A stretch of DNA of 64,000 bases, from NCBI GenBank assembly GCA_035063585.1, contig JAPSGB010000002.1, positions 1-64,000 of the forward strand, given 5' to 3'. Positions 1 through 8,759 of the stretch are shown in pieces. How positions within the stretch are numbered: the first letter of the stretch is position 1; the number at the start of each line of letters is the position of its first letter. Origin of the DNA: Polyangiaceae bacterium (GTDB lineage: Bacteria; Myxococcota_A; Polyangia; Polyangiales; Polyangiaceae). The notes under the pieces were generated by a model. It was not told where the DNA came from, made no database searches, and saw nothing but the letters and a program-made list of their open reading frames with translations. The translations under genes and the position numbers were made by a program.

Positions 1-143
1 CGTCGGTCGACCAAGCCGTGACGTCGGGCTTGTCCCTGGAGGGCGCCTGCGACGAGGCCGGCGTGTCCACGCGCACCGTACAGCGCTGGCGCCTGAAGCC
101 TGGCAGCGGCGACGGTCGTCAAGCGAGGTCGTGCGCGGCTAAC
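1..143 (+). mobile_element. IS3-family-like transposase N-terminal (HTH) fragment, truncated
   Basis: Frame from nt 3 reads SVDQAVTSGLSLEGACDEAGVSTRTVQRWRLKPGSGDGRQ, resembling the 'EAVxxG...ACxxxGvSxRTxQRW' start of IS3-type OrfB proteins; similarity is lost after ~143. Confidence 0.6.
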
Positions 144-344
144 GGAGGCGCTGGGGCCGCTTTGTCACCACCTCCCGTTCGGAAATCGACGCCGACTCCA
201 GACGCTCCTCGAGCGATGGCTCGAGCCGGAGGCGGAGTACTACCACGCTACTTCGAGCCCTCCGACGAGCGGAATGGGATGGCCCAACGACCTGTCCCCA
301 CGAGCCTCGCCGCCATGGCTTTGCCTCCCCGGAGGCATCCCGCC

Positions 345-470
345 GTGGCCACTGTCCCTCGTCCGTCGACTACACGGTCAAAGACTTCGACGCCCTTCGG
401 GCGCGGCTCGTCGCGCTCATCAAGAGCGTGTTCCCTCCCTTTCCCGACTTCGACGTCGCCAGCTTCGGGA
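345..470 (+). pseudogene. Phage baseplate J/wedge-like protein N-terminal fragment (frameshifted, truncated)
   Basis: GGAGG at 331 and GTG at 345; after a 1-nt frameshift, reads [36 protein letters not shown] (362-469), like the 'DYTxKDFxxLRxxL' N-terminus of baseplate proteins. Confidence 0.55.
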
Positions 471-728
471 AGCGCTTCCATTACCTCAATCATCGTCAGC
501 TCGCTGAACGCCATGGCTCCTCCTCCGACCGCGACCCGCACGGTCGGTCGGAGACGGAGCGTGTCTCATGTCCATGTCGCTCATCCCGGGGCTGGCCCCA
601 TGGTCCTGCAAGAATGTCCTGGAGCTCGCCCCATGACCCTGCAAATCCGGGTCAAGCTCCCCTGCGGGTGGCCCCATGACCCTGCAAGAGTCACGCGGCC
701 GCTGGCCCCATGAAGCTACAAACTGGCA
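470..728 (-). mobile_element. IS21-family left end with truncated istA start
   Basis: Minus strand begins TG at 728 (TGCCAGTTTGTAGCTTCATGGGGCCAG); four subterminal repeats; GGAGGAGG RBS and ATG at 514 giving [15 protein letters not shown], like IstA N-termini; breaks off after ~15 codons. Confidence 0.65.
592..721. repeat. Four ~20-bp direct repeats, consensus (c/g)tggccccatgaccctgcaa
   Basis: Copies at 592-611, 625-644, 668-687 and 702-721 with irregular short spacing. Confidence 0.9.
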
Positions 729-804
729 CCGGGCGCCGGACCTTCGCCGGAGGGCCGCGCGGCCTGGCGCGAACCCACCTCCCGACTGATATCATGGGGT
801 CGCC

Positions 805-1038
805 TTGTCGCGGCTCGCCGTCATCCTGCTCTTCGCGTCCTGGGTCACGCCGGGCTGTGTGCTCGGCGCCGAGGAGGCGCCCGGCTGCCACCTCGACGGC
901 GACTGCGAGCGCGGGTGGGTGTGTCGCGCAGGCGCGTGCCTGCGCTACTCGACCGACGCGGGGCCGCCGAACCACCCGACCGACGCGCGCGCGGAGGCCG
1001 CGTCGGACGACGCCAGCGCCGACGCCTCACGAGACTGA
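805..1038 (+). CDS. Small Cys-rich secreted protein/lipoprotein
   Basis: Hydrophobic signal ending PGC; CxxDxDC...C...C motif; stop 3 nt before argJ start. Confidence 0.6.
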   Translation: MSRLAVILLFASWVTPGCVLGAEEAPGCHLDGDCERGWVCRAGACLRYSTDAGPPNHPTDARAEAASDDASADASRD

Positions 1039-1041
1039 ACC

Positions 1042-2235
1042 ATGAACATCCCCATCATCCCCGGGTTTCGTTTCTCCACGGTCGCCGCCGGAATCAGAAA
1101 GGACGGGCGCGTCGACCTGGCGCTCGCGGTCGCCGATGCGCCCGCGGTCACCGCCGGGGTCTTCACGCGGAACCTGGTCCGCGCCGCGCCGGTCATCCTC
1201 GCCTCGGAGCGCGTGCGCGCCGGCGGGGTGCGCGGCGTGCTCGTGAACAGCGGCTGCGCCAACGCGTGCACCGGCGACGCGGGGCTAGCGGCCGCGCTCA
1301 CCTCCACCCGCGCGGTAGCAGAGGCGCTCGAGCTCCCCGAGGCGTCGCTCCTGCCCGCCTCGACCGGCGTCATCGGCGAGCTCTTGCCGGCCGCGCGCAT
1401 CGCCGCGAAGGCCGCCGAGCTCGCGCGCGGGCTCGGCCCCGAGCGCGCCGGCGACTTCGCGCGCGCCATCCTCACGACCGACCGCTGGGAGAAGGTCTCT
1501 TCTTGTCGGTTCGGCGCGGCCGGCGGCGAGGTGAGCCTCCTCGGGATCGCCAAGGGCGCGGGCATGATCCACCCGGATCTCGGCCCGGATGCGCCGCCGC
1601 AGGCGACCATGCTCGCGTTCCTCTTCACTGACGCACGAGTCGAGCGCGCCACGCTCGAGCGCGCCCTCATGACCGCCGTCGACTCGACCTTCAACGCCTG
1701 CACGGTAGACGGCGACACCAGCACGAACGACACCGTGCTCGCCTTCGCGAGCGGCGCGAGCGGCCGCGCGGTGAGCGAGGCCGAGCTCGCGGCGGCGCTC
1801 GGGCGCGTGTGCGCCGAGCTGGCGCGCTCGATGGTGGCCGACGGCGAGGGCGCCGAGCACGTCGCCGAGATTCGCGTGAGCGGGCTCGCGAGCGCCTCGG
1901 ACGCGCGGCAGGTCGCGCGCACCGTCGCGACCTCGCTGCTCGTGAAGACGGCCATCTTCGGCCGAGACGCCAACTGGGGGCGGCTCCTCGCGGCGGCCGG
2001 GCGCGCCGGCGTCCGCTTCGAGCCGAGCGCGGCCCGCATCGCCATCGGCGGCGTCGAGCTCGTGAGGGGCGGGCTCGCCACGGGCGGCGACGCCGACGCG
2101 CGCGCGACCGTCGAGCTTGCAAAGCAGGAGGTCGTCATCGAGCTCTCGCTCGGCGACGGCCCCGGCGCCTTCACCTACCTCGCGAGCGATCTCGGCCACG
2201 GCTACGTCGACGTGAACGCGAGCTATCGGTCGTGA
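1042..2235 (+). CDS. argJ: Bifunctional ornithine acetyltransferase/N-acetylglutamate synthase
   Basis: NSGCANACTG, STGVIG, KGAGMIHP..ATML, DGDTSTND, DGEGA, NWGR and NASYRS motifs. Confidence 0.97.
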   Translation: MNIPIIPGFRFSTVAAGIRKDGRVDLALAVADAPAVTAGVFTRNLVRAAPVILASERVRAGGVRGVLVNSGCANACTGDAGLAAALTSTRAVAEALELPEASLLPASTGVIGELLPAARIAAKAAELARGLGPERAGDFARAILTTDRWEKVSSCRFGAAGGEVSLLGIAKGAGMIHPDLGPDAPPQATMLAFLFTDARVERATLERALMTAVDSTFNACTVDGDTSTNDTVLAFASGASGRAVSEAELAAALGRVCAELARSMVADGEGAEHVAEIRVSGLASASDARQVARTVATSLLVKTAIFGRDANWGRLLAAAGRAGVRFEPSAARIAIGGVELVRGGLATGGDADARATVELAKQEVVIELSLGDGPGAFTYLASDLGHGYVDVNASYRS

Positions 2236-2582
2236 TCGCGCGCGTCGCGGCGCTCGTCTACGTCGCCACGCTCGCCGCGGGGTGCGCGGCCGAGCGCGGC
2301 ACCATCGGCGCGATGCTCGCGCAGCGCCCGGACGGCACGCTCTTCGTTCATAGCGTCCCGCCGCGGCTCGCCGCCGAGCGCGCCGGCCTCCGGCCCGGCG
2401 ATCAGCTCCTGCTCATCGACGGCATGGACGTCCGCAGGCTCGACGACAAGGCGCTGATCCGCACCCTGAACGGCGAGGTCGGCAGCCCGGTGCGCCTCAC
2501 CGTGATCCGCGGCGAGGAGGTGCTGCACGTCACCGTGAAGCGCACGGCCGCGCCGCCGAAGCTCCGCCGACGCGCGGAGTGA
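2232..2582 (+). CDS. PDZ-domain lipoprotein
   Basis: GTG overlaps argJ stop; LAAGC lipobox; AERAGLRPGDQLLLIDG PDZ motif. Confidence 0.8.
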   Translation: MIARVAALVYVATLAAGCAAERGTIGAMLAQRPDGTLFVHSVPPRLAAERAGLRPGDQLLLIDGMDVRRLDDKALIRTLNGEVGSPVRLTVIRGEEVLHVTVKRTAAPPKLRRRAE

Positions 2583-2668
2583 CGAGCCCGCGTCTTTGCG
2601 CGCCGGAGCGCGGGGCGCGCGCCGCTGCCCGGTCGCGCCGGCGTGAGCAGCGCGCTATCGTGCCGCGC

Positions 2669-4177
2669 ATGTTCGCGCGCCGCCTGGCTCCGCTGCTCGC
2701 CGTCGTGACGCTCATGATCGGCCTCGCCGGGTGCCGGCGCACGAGCGCGAGCGCCGCGAAGCGCGCCACGCGCGTGGTCGAAGCGCCGCGCGTGGTGTTC
2801 TTCGAGAGCCAGCCGATGGTCGTCGACGTCACCGCCCGTCTCACGGCGGGCACAGCTCTCGAGCTCACCGTCCCGGCCGATCCCGGCGTGCGGGTCGGCG
2901 CGCCGAGCCGCGACGGCGACGCCGTCACGGTTCGGCTCCGTGGGCTCGCGCCGAAGACCGCCTACGTCGCGAGGGTCACCCTCAGCGGCGGAGGCGGCCC
3001 GGCCGAGGTGCTCGAGCTCCGCTTCGAGACGCGCCCTCCGCTCCCCGGCTTCATCGCCAAGTTCGAGCCGAAGGTGAGCGGCCCGCACTCGGGCGAGCTC
3101 CGCCTCTTCGATCTCTCGGTGAGCCCGCTCATGAAAAATGGCGCGATTTACGCCATCGATCCCAGCGGCACGACGAGGTTCTATCTCCCGCACTCCTCGC
3201 AAGCGACGCTCGACTCCGCGGTGCCCTCGGGCGTGAAGCTCCTCGATGACGGCTCGCTCGCGTTCGTGCAGAGCGATCGCGCCATCAATCTCGACGAACT
3301 CGGCCGCGTCCTCATGGATCTGCCCGCGAAGCAGCTGGGCGTCGCGCGGCTCCACCACGATATCATCCAGCTCCCGAGCGGAAGGTTCGTGAGCATCGGC
3401 ACCGAGTTCAAGGACCTGAGCTTCGCCTTCGACGGCAAGACCCACCACGTCGGCGGGGACGTGCTCGTCGAGTTCACCCGCGCGGGAGAGGTCACGTGGC
3501 GCTGGAGCACGTTCGATCATCTCGATCCGCAGCGCACCCGCGCGGGCTTCTTTCCGCCGATGCCGCTCATCGATCCGGACACGCAGCAGAAGAGCGCCGA
3601 CTGGACGCACGCCAACGCCGTCATCCCGGTTCCCGGTGAAGACGCCTTCCTCTTCAGCGTGCGCCACCAGGATTTCATCGTAAAGATCGACCGCAAGACG
3701 AGCCGCGTGCTCTGGCGCCTCGGCGAGGGAGGCGACTTCACGCTCGAGGGCGGGGCGTCGTGGTTTTATCACCAGCACTCCCCGAAGCTCGAGCCGGATG
3801 GCTCCCTGCTCGTCTACGACAACGGGGTCGGTAGCCCGCACCGGCCCGTCAAGGAGTCCTTCGCGCGGCCACTGCGGCTCGCGCTCGACGAAGCGAAGCA
3901 GACCGCGCGCATTACCTGGGAAGATTCCACCGAGAAATACTACGCCCCCATCGCCGGTGACGTCCGCCGCCTCGAGAACGGGAACATCCTGGTGCTCGAC
4001 AGCATGATTACGATGGTCCCGAACGTCTTTCAGGCAACCTACGCGCGGCTCCGCGAGCTCGAGCCCGCGACGCGACGACCGGTGTGGCAGCTCGACCTCC
4101 CCAATCGGCGCTTCAGCTATCGTTGCCTCGCGACCCGGCGGCTGCCCGGCGAGCCGCGCGGAGCGCCCGCGCCGTGA
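2669..4177 (+). CDS. Aryl-sulfate sulfotransferase (ASST) family lipoprotein
   Basis: LAGC lipobox; LHHD, DWTHANAV, SVRHQD, FYHQHSP and YDNG motifs; start chosen at MFARRLAP. Confidence 0.85.
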   Translation: MFARRLAPLLAVVTLMIGLAGCRRTSASAAKRATRVVEAPRVVFFESQPMVVDVTARLTAGTALELTVPADPGVRVGAPSRDGDAVTVRLRGLAPKTAYVARVTLSGGGGPAEVLELRFETRPPLPGFIAKFEPKVSGPHSGELRLFDLSVSPLMKNGAIYAIDPSGTTRFYLPHSSQATLDSAVPSGVKLLDDGSLAFVQSDRAINLDELGRVLMDLPAKQLGVARLHHDIIQLPSGRFVSIGTEFKDLSFAFDGKTHHVGGDVLVEFTRAGEVTWRWSTFDHLDPQRTRAGFFPPMPLIDPDTQQKSADWTHANAVIPVPGEDAFLFSVRHQDFIVKIDRKTSRVLWRLGEGGDFTLEGGASWFYHQHSPKLEPDGSLLVYDNGVGSPHRPVKESFARPLRLALDEAKQTARITWEDSTEKYYAPIAGDVRRLENGNILVLDSMITMVPNVFQATYARLRELEPATRRPVWQLDLPNRRFSYRCLATRRLPGEPRGAPAP

Positions 4178-4273
4178 CGGCGATCCGCGCGGTTCCGCGC
4201 CGGGCCGGCCCCATCTCCCGCCCACTCGTGAACAGACCTGTTCCCATATGAGCAGGCCTCCGAGCGCTCGCGC

Positions 4274-5701
4274 TCAGAAATCCTCGGTGTTTTCCTGGAG
4301 GAATCGGAGGATGAGCTGGTTGTTGTCGAGGTAAGATTCGGGGACGTCGTCCCACTCCCACTGGTACGCGCCGTCGACCCAGTCGCTCACCTCGGTGACG
4401 TTCCGGGTGAACGGCGGGAAGCGCGCGTTTCGGGTGCCGGGCACGTCGACCCAATAGCCGCTGAAGACCAGGAACGCGCGGTAAGGATCGTGCCCCGAGT
4501 CGTCGCGTTCGATGCGGCTCACGAGGCGATCCAGCCCGAACGACGCGAGCCGGTAGCCGGGCACCTGGGTGCTCGCGAGGCTCGGCGGGATGAGGATCTG
4601 GGCCGGAGAGATGGCGGCGCTGGCCCCCGCGGCGCGCCCGCCGAAGAGCCCGGGATCGACGTAACCCGCGATCTCACGGAGCAGCGAGAGCTGGTACTCG
4701 CCGCTGGTCGGGTAGAGCGCATGCGAGCCCTCGCCGACCGCGATGACGGGGTGGGTGCCAAGCTTCAAGGTTCGAGGATCGTCGTAAGGCACGCGGAGCC
4801 TGCCCTGAGACCACCGCTTCAGCTTGTGGAGGAAGGCGATGGTCTGATGTTCGAGGTGCCCCGAGACGATGAGGCTCGAGGGTGTCTCGCGCTCGTCGAA
4901 CACGAACAGCATGCTCTCGCGATCGAAGACGTGCGGCCCGATCCCGGTGAGGCGTGAGAGGCCCGTCTTGGTGTCGAAGGCGTAGAGGAGGTGGTAGCTG
5001 ATGAAGAAGCGGCCGGTAGCCGGCTCTTCGAGGTAGGAGTAGTAGATGGTGGAGCCCGCTGGGCTGCCGCCGAGCTCGGCGAACACCGTGCGCTTCATGC
5101 TGAACAGGTTGAAGTCGAGCAGGTAGTCCGCGTGCCCGTTGTAGCGCATGAAGTCGCCGAGCTCGCGGAGCGGGACGGTCTCTTTGCCGAAGATCGTCTT
5201 CAGCGTGAGCGTCTCCGCGGAGGCCTTGACGAGCGGTGAGCGGAGCAGCGTGCGGAGCGAGACGGGGAAGTACTTCTCCTTGGCGCTGAACACGAACACC
5301 GGAGCATAGCGGAGCGCGAGCGCGCGGATCCGTTCCGGCGAGCGGGCGAGCTTACCCTGCACGAACACCGACTGGCGCCAGAGCTCGCGCTCGCCCGCTC
5401 GGAGCGTGATCTGCCACGCGCCGTCCGGGTGAACGCCGCGACGAAAGCGCATGGTGAAGCGCCCGCGCGCCGGGTCGACCGCGCCGCGCAGTTCGTGTCC
5501 GCCGTGGCGCGCGACCCACTCGAGCGCCAGCGGCCCGGAAGTGCCGAGCACCCGGCGCAGCTCATCCGGGTGGCTCACGAGCGCTGGCACGCGCACCCGA
5601 ATGACGCGGTTCCCGTCCGCGTCGAGCGCGCTCCTCTGGATGTCGAACATCCGGCGGCGAGCAGCGAGCGACTCAGGGCGGTTCATGGCTCTCGGCGACA
5701 C
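4274..5701 (-). CDS. Hypothetical protein with Vps62/NPP1-like motifs
   Basis: YAPVFVFSAKEKYFP, HVFDRE and GSHALY motifs; protein-like composition; start may be 5686. Confidence 0.6.
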   Translation of the reverse strand: MSPRAMNRPESLAARRRMFDIQRSALDADGNRVIRVRVPALVSHPDELRRVLGTSGPLALEWVARHGGHELRGAVDPARGRFTMRFRRGVHPDGAWQITLRAGERELWRQSVFVQGKLARSPERIRALALRYAPVFVFSAKEKYFPVSLRTLLRSPLVKASAETLTLKTIFGKETVPLRELGDFMRYNGHADYLLDFNLFSMKRTVFAELGGSPAGSTIYYSYLEEPATGRFFISYHLLYAFDTKTGLSRLTGIGPHVFDRESMLFVFDERETPSSLIVSGHLEHQTIAFLHKLKRWSQGRLRVPYDDPRTLKLGTHPVIAVGEGSHALYPTSGEYQLSLLREIAGYVDPGLFGGRAAGASAAISPAQILIPPSLASTQVPGYRLASFGLDRLVSRIERDDSGHDPYRAFLVFSGYWVDVPGTRNARFPPFTRNVTEVSDWVDGAYQWEWDDVPESYLDNNQLILRFLQENTEDF

Positions 5702-5799
5702 AAGCTAGACCATCGAGCGAGCGCGCTCCAAGCGCGTGTCGCCCGGCGGGCGCGTTTCGCGCGCTCCTCGGGCGACCGGCCGCGCTAAGCTCCGCGCCC

Positions 5800-7506
5800 A
5801 TGCCCCTCTCCGAGGCCGCGCTCGAGGCGTACCACGCCCATTTCACCCGCAACCCCAACCGACGCGTCGCCCTCGGCGTCGAGCGAGAGCTCGGCGCGCT
5901 GCCGGATCCTTCGCAGACCGAGCAGCGCGCGCGGATCGCCGACGCGCGGGCCGTTCGCGCGCTCTTCGAGGCGGAGGCGCGGCGCCCCCTCGACTTCGAC
6001 GACGCTCTCGACGCCGAGCTCGCGCTCCTCACGCTGGACGCGGAGCTCCATACGGACACCTATGAGTTCAACGGGCGCACGCGGAGCGCGCAGCTCCCCT
6101 CGGCTGGCGACGATATCGGCGGCGGGCTCTTCATGCTGCTCACGGGCGATCCGCGCCCCGCGGCGGAGCGGCTCGAAGACGTCACTCGCCGCCTCGAGGC
6201 GGTGTCGGATTACGTCCCGGCGCTGCTCGGCCGGCTCGACACGCCGCTCGCGCGCTGGGCAGTGATGGACGACGAGCGCGTGCGCGGGCTCGAGTCGCTC
6301 TTCGACACGCTCGAGGGTTGGGCAAAAAGCGAGCGTTATTCCGGCGCGGCCCGGCTCGCGCGCGCGCGCCGGGCGGCGAGCGTGGCGCTCGCCGACTACC
6401 TTCTGTGCCTCCGCGCGCTGCCGACCACTACCGCGCTCCACCTCGGCGAGCCGATCGCGCGGCGGGTGGTCGAGCTCCGCGGGATCGAGCGCTCGTTCTC
6501 CGAGCTCCATCGGATGGCGCGCGATTTCCTCGCGGAGAACGCCAGCGCCCTCGAGGCGCTTCGCGTCGAGCTCGCGCCCCGATACGGGCTCGACCGCGAC
6601 GCGAGCCTCGAAGCGCTCGAGGCGGTGCTCCGCGAGCGCTACGCCGTGAAGCTCGAGGGCGGGCGGCTCGAGAGCGTGCTCGAGCGCTACGAGCGCGAGC
6701 GCGTGAAGCTCCTCGCCTTCATCCGCGAGCGGGAGCTCTTCCCCGTCCCCGACGATCAGGACATGCTCCTCATCCGCACTCCGCCCTTTCTCGCGCCGAC
6801 CATCCCGGCCGGCGCGATGGTCTCGCCGGCGCCCTTCCGCGCCGGCACCAAGCGGAGCCTCATCTACCTCACGCTCAGTGAAGAGCTGCTCGACGAGCAC
6901 ACCGAGCTCTCCATCCCGAGCATGATGATCCACGAGGGGCTCCCGTGGCACCACCTCCAGCTCGCGAGCGCCGCGCAAAGCCCATCGCTCGTCCGCCGTC
7001 ACCTCGACGCGATGGATCAGGCCGAGGGCTGGGCGACCATGCTCGAGAGCTACCTGCTGGACCTCGGCTACCTCGGTGAACTCACCGACGAGGCGCGCCT
7101 GGTCGGGCTCCGCGACCTCAACCGCATCGGCGCGCGAGTCGCCATCGATCTCTTCTTCATGACCGGCGACCGCGGCTACCTCGAGGTCGGCGTGCCCTTC
7201 GACCGCGGCGCTCGCGATCCCTTCGTCGCCGCGGGCTCTCTCCTCCGTGCCGTGACGGGCTTCGTCCCAGGTCGCGTGGAGGCCGAGCTCAACTGGTACT
7301 CGCAAGAGCGCGGCTATCCGCTCTCCTACCTCGCTGGTAACCGGATGGTGCTCGAGCTGAAGCGCGACGTCGCGCGCGCGCACGCCGGCGAGCCGGACGG
7401 CCTCGCGCTCGATCGGCGCTTCCACGAGGTGTTCCTCCGCGCCGGCAACATGCCGGTACGCTTCCTCCGCCGCGTCTTCGCGCACGAGGGGCTCCTCGAT
7501 GCCTGA
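5800..7506 (+). CDS. DUF885 family protein (putative zincin metallopeptidase fold)
   Basis: HEGLPWHHLQ, EGWA..E and YLAG motifs typical of DUF885. Confidence 0.85.
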   Translation: MPLSEAALEAYHAHFTRNPNRRVALGVERELGALPDPSQTEQRARIADARAVRALFEAEARRPLDFDDALDAELALLTLDAELHTDTYEFNGRTRSAQLPSAGDDIGGGLFMLLTGDPRPAAERLEDVTRRLEAVSDYVPALLGRLDTPLARWAVMDDERVRGLESLFDTLEGWAKSERYSGAARLARARRAASVALADYLLCLRALPTTTALHLGEPIARRVVELRGIERSFSELHRMARDFLAENASALEALRVELAPRYGLDRDASLEALEAVLRERYAVKLEGGRLESVLERYERERVKLLAFIRERELFPVPDDQDMLLIRTPPFLAPTIPAGAMVSPAPFRAGTKRSLIYLTLSEELLDEHTELSIPSMMIHEGLPWHHLQLASAAQSPSLVRRHLDAMDQAEGWATMLESYLLDLGYLGELTDEARLVGLRDLNRIGARVAIDLFFMTGDRGYLEVGVPFDRGARDPFVAAGSLLRAVTGFVPGRVEAELNWYSQERGYPLSYLAGNRMVLELKRDVARAHAGEPDGLALDRRFHEVFLRAGNMPVRFLRRVFAHEGLLDA

Positions 7507-7642
7507 GGTTCATCGGGCCTGCCGATCCGGCGCGGCCGGCGGCGCGGGGACCGCGGGACGGCGCGATAGCGACCCGCTCGATGGCACTCCTCGCGCGCGC
7601 GGGGGCCCGCGTAGCGGGTAACGGCAGAGGGCGGGACCGGCG

Positions 7643-8626
7643 CTATCGGAGGCTCAGCCGCCTGGACGCCGGCGCGGCGAACAGGAACGCCCAGGTGACG
7701 AGCACGAACGGCGCGGTGAGCGCGGGCATGCCGATCGGGCGGAGCGCCGCGCTCACGCTGGAGAAGAGCACCGCGGTCACCACCACCGCGAGCAGTGAGT
7801 AGAGGGCGGAGCGGACGTCGAGGACGAGGAAGACGCTCGCGAGGGCGACGGCCGTCAGCGCCGGGTTGAAGCTGAAGAGCCCGAGCCGAATCGCCGGCTC
7901 CGGGGCGCCGAGGCCCCACCCCACGAGCACGCCGACGAGCGCGCCGAGCGCAGCGGCAACGCCGGCGACGCGCGAACCGACCAGGAGCCCGGCGAGGAAG
8001 ATGGCCCCGGTCACGGTGTCGTCCTGCAAGAAGATCTCGGCGATGCCCTTGAGCACGCCTTCGCTCACCGTCGACGCGCTGACGATCCCGACCACTTCCG
8101 TCGCGCCCTTGGGTAGCTCGGCGGTCGGCAACATACCGGTCGCGTGTAGGGCACCGAAGCGGTCGACCGCGATCACGAACACCCAGGTGACGAGGATGAA
8201 CGGTGCGGTCAAGCCCGGTCGGTTTCGCCCGAGCAGGTTGGCGAGGCCCGCCGTCGCCACGGTCGACGTCGCGGCCGCCGACACGACGTACAGCCACATG
8301 ACCGGGTCCGGCCGCAAGAAGAAGGCGAGCGCGATGGCGACGAGGGTACCGTTGAAGCCGTAGAGCCCCGCACGCACGAGGGCGCGATCCAACCCGAGGA
8401 GGTATGCGGTCGCGGTGCTCGTGAGCGCACCCACCAGCGCCGCGAGACACGACGACGGCGAGCCGACGTAGATGCCGACAAGGAAGAGGAGGCCCGTAAA
8501 GGAGTTATTTTGGAGCGTTACCTGCCCGACGCCCCGCAGCGCCGCGTCGGCAAATTCGAGGGCGGGAACGCTCGACTCGGTGAGCCCGGTTCGGTCGAAG
8601 CGAATCGTCATGCAGCAGGCTCGCAA
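7643..8626 (-). CDS. Urea transporter (UT/Yut family)
   Basis: GVGQV..QNN, GLYGFNG, LTAPF (twice) and GLFSFN; about 10 TM segments; start may be 8611. Confidence 0.92.
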   Translation of the reverse strand: MRACCMTIRFDRTGLTESSVPALEFADAALRGVGQVTLQNNSFTGLLFLVGIYVGSPSSCLAALVGALTSTATAYLLGLDRALVRAGLYGFNGTLVAIALAFFLRPDPVMWLYVVSAAATSTVATAGLANLLGRNRPGLTAPFILVTWVFVIAVDRFGALHATGMLPTAELPKGATEVVGIVSASTVSEGVLKGIAEIFLQDDTVTGAIFLAGLLVGSRVAGVAAALGALVGVLVGWGLGAPEPAIRLGLFSFNPALTAVALASVFLVLDVRSALYSLLAVVVTAVLFSSVSAALRPIGMPALTAPFVLVTWAFLFAAPASRRLSLR

Positions 8627-8759
8627 CCTACACCGGCGCGCCGGCGACCGCCACGCCCCGAGCGAGCGCGCACGAGGCCCCGCCCGGAGCGCGGCGCTCA
8701 GCGCGGCCCCTCGCCGAAGCCGGCGCGCCCGCGCGCCGCAGGGCCCCGGCCCTGGCGAC

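Noticed and set aside
592..721. Possible mini CRISPR array
   Set aside because: Repeats are only ~20 bp, gaps are 13-23 bp and irregular, and no cas genes are present; better explained as an IS21 end
7582..7600. sigma54-like TGGCAC element
   Set aside because: Lacks the -12 TTGC and lies between convergent genes
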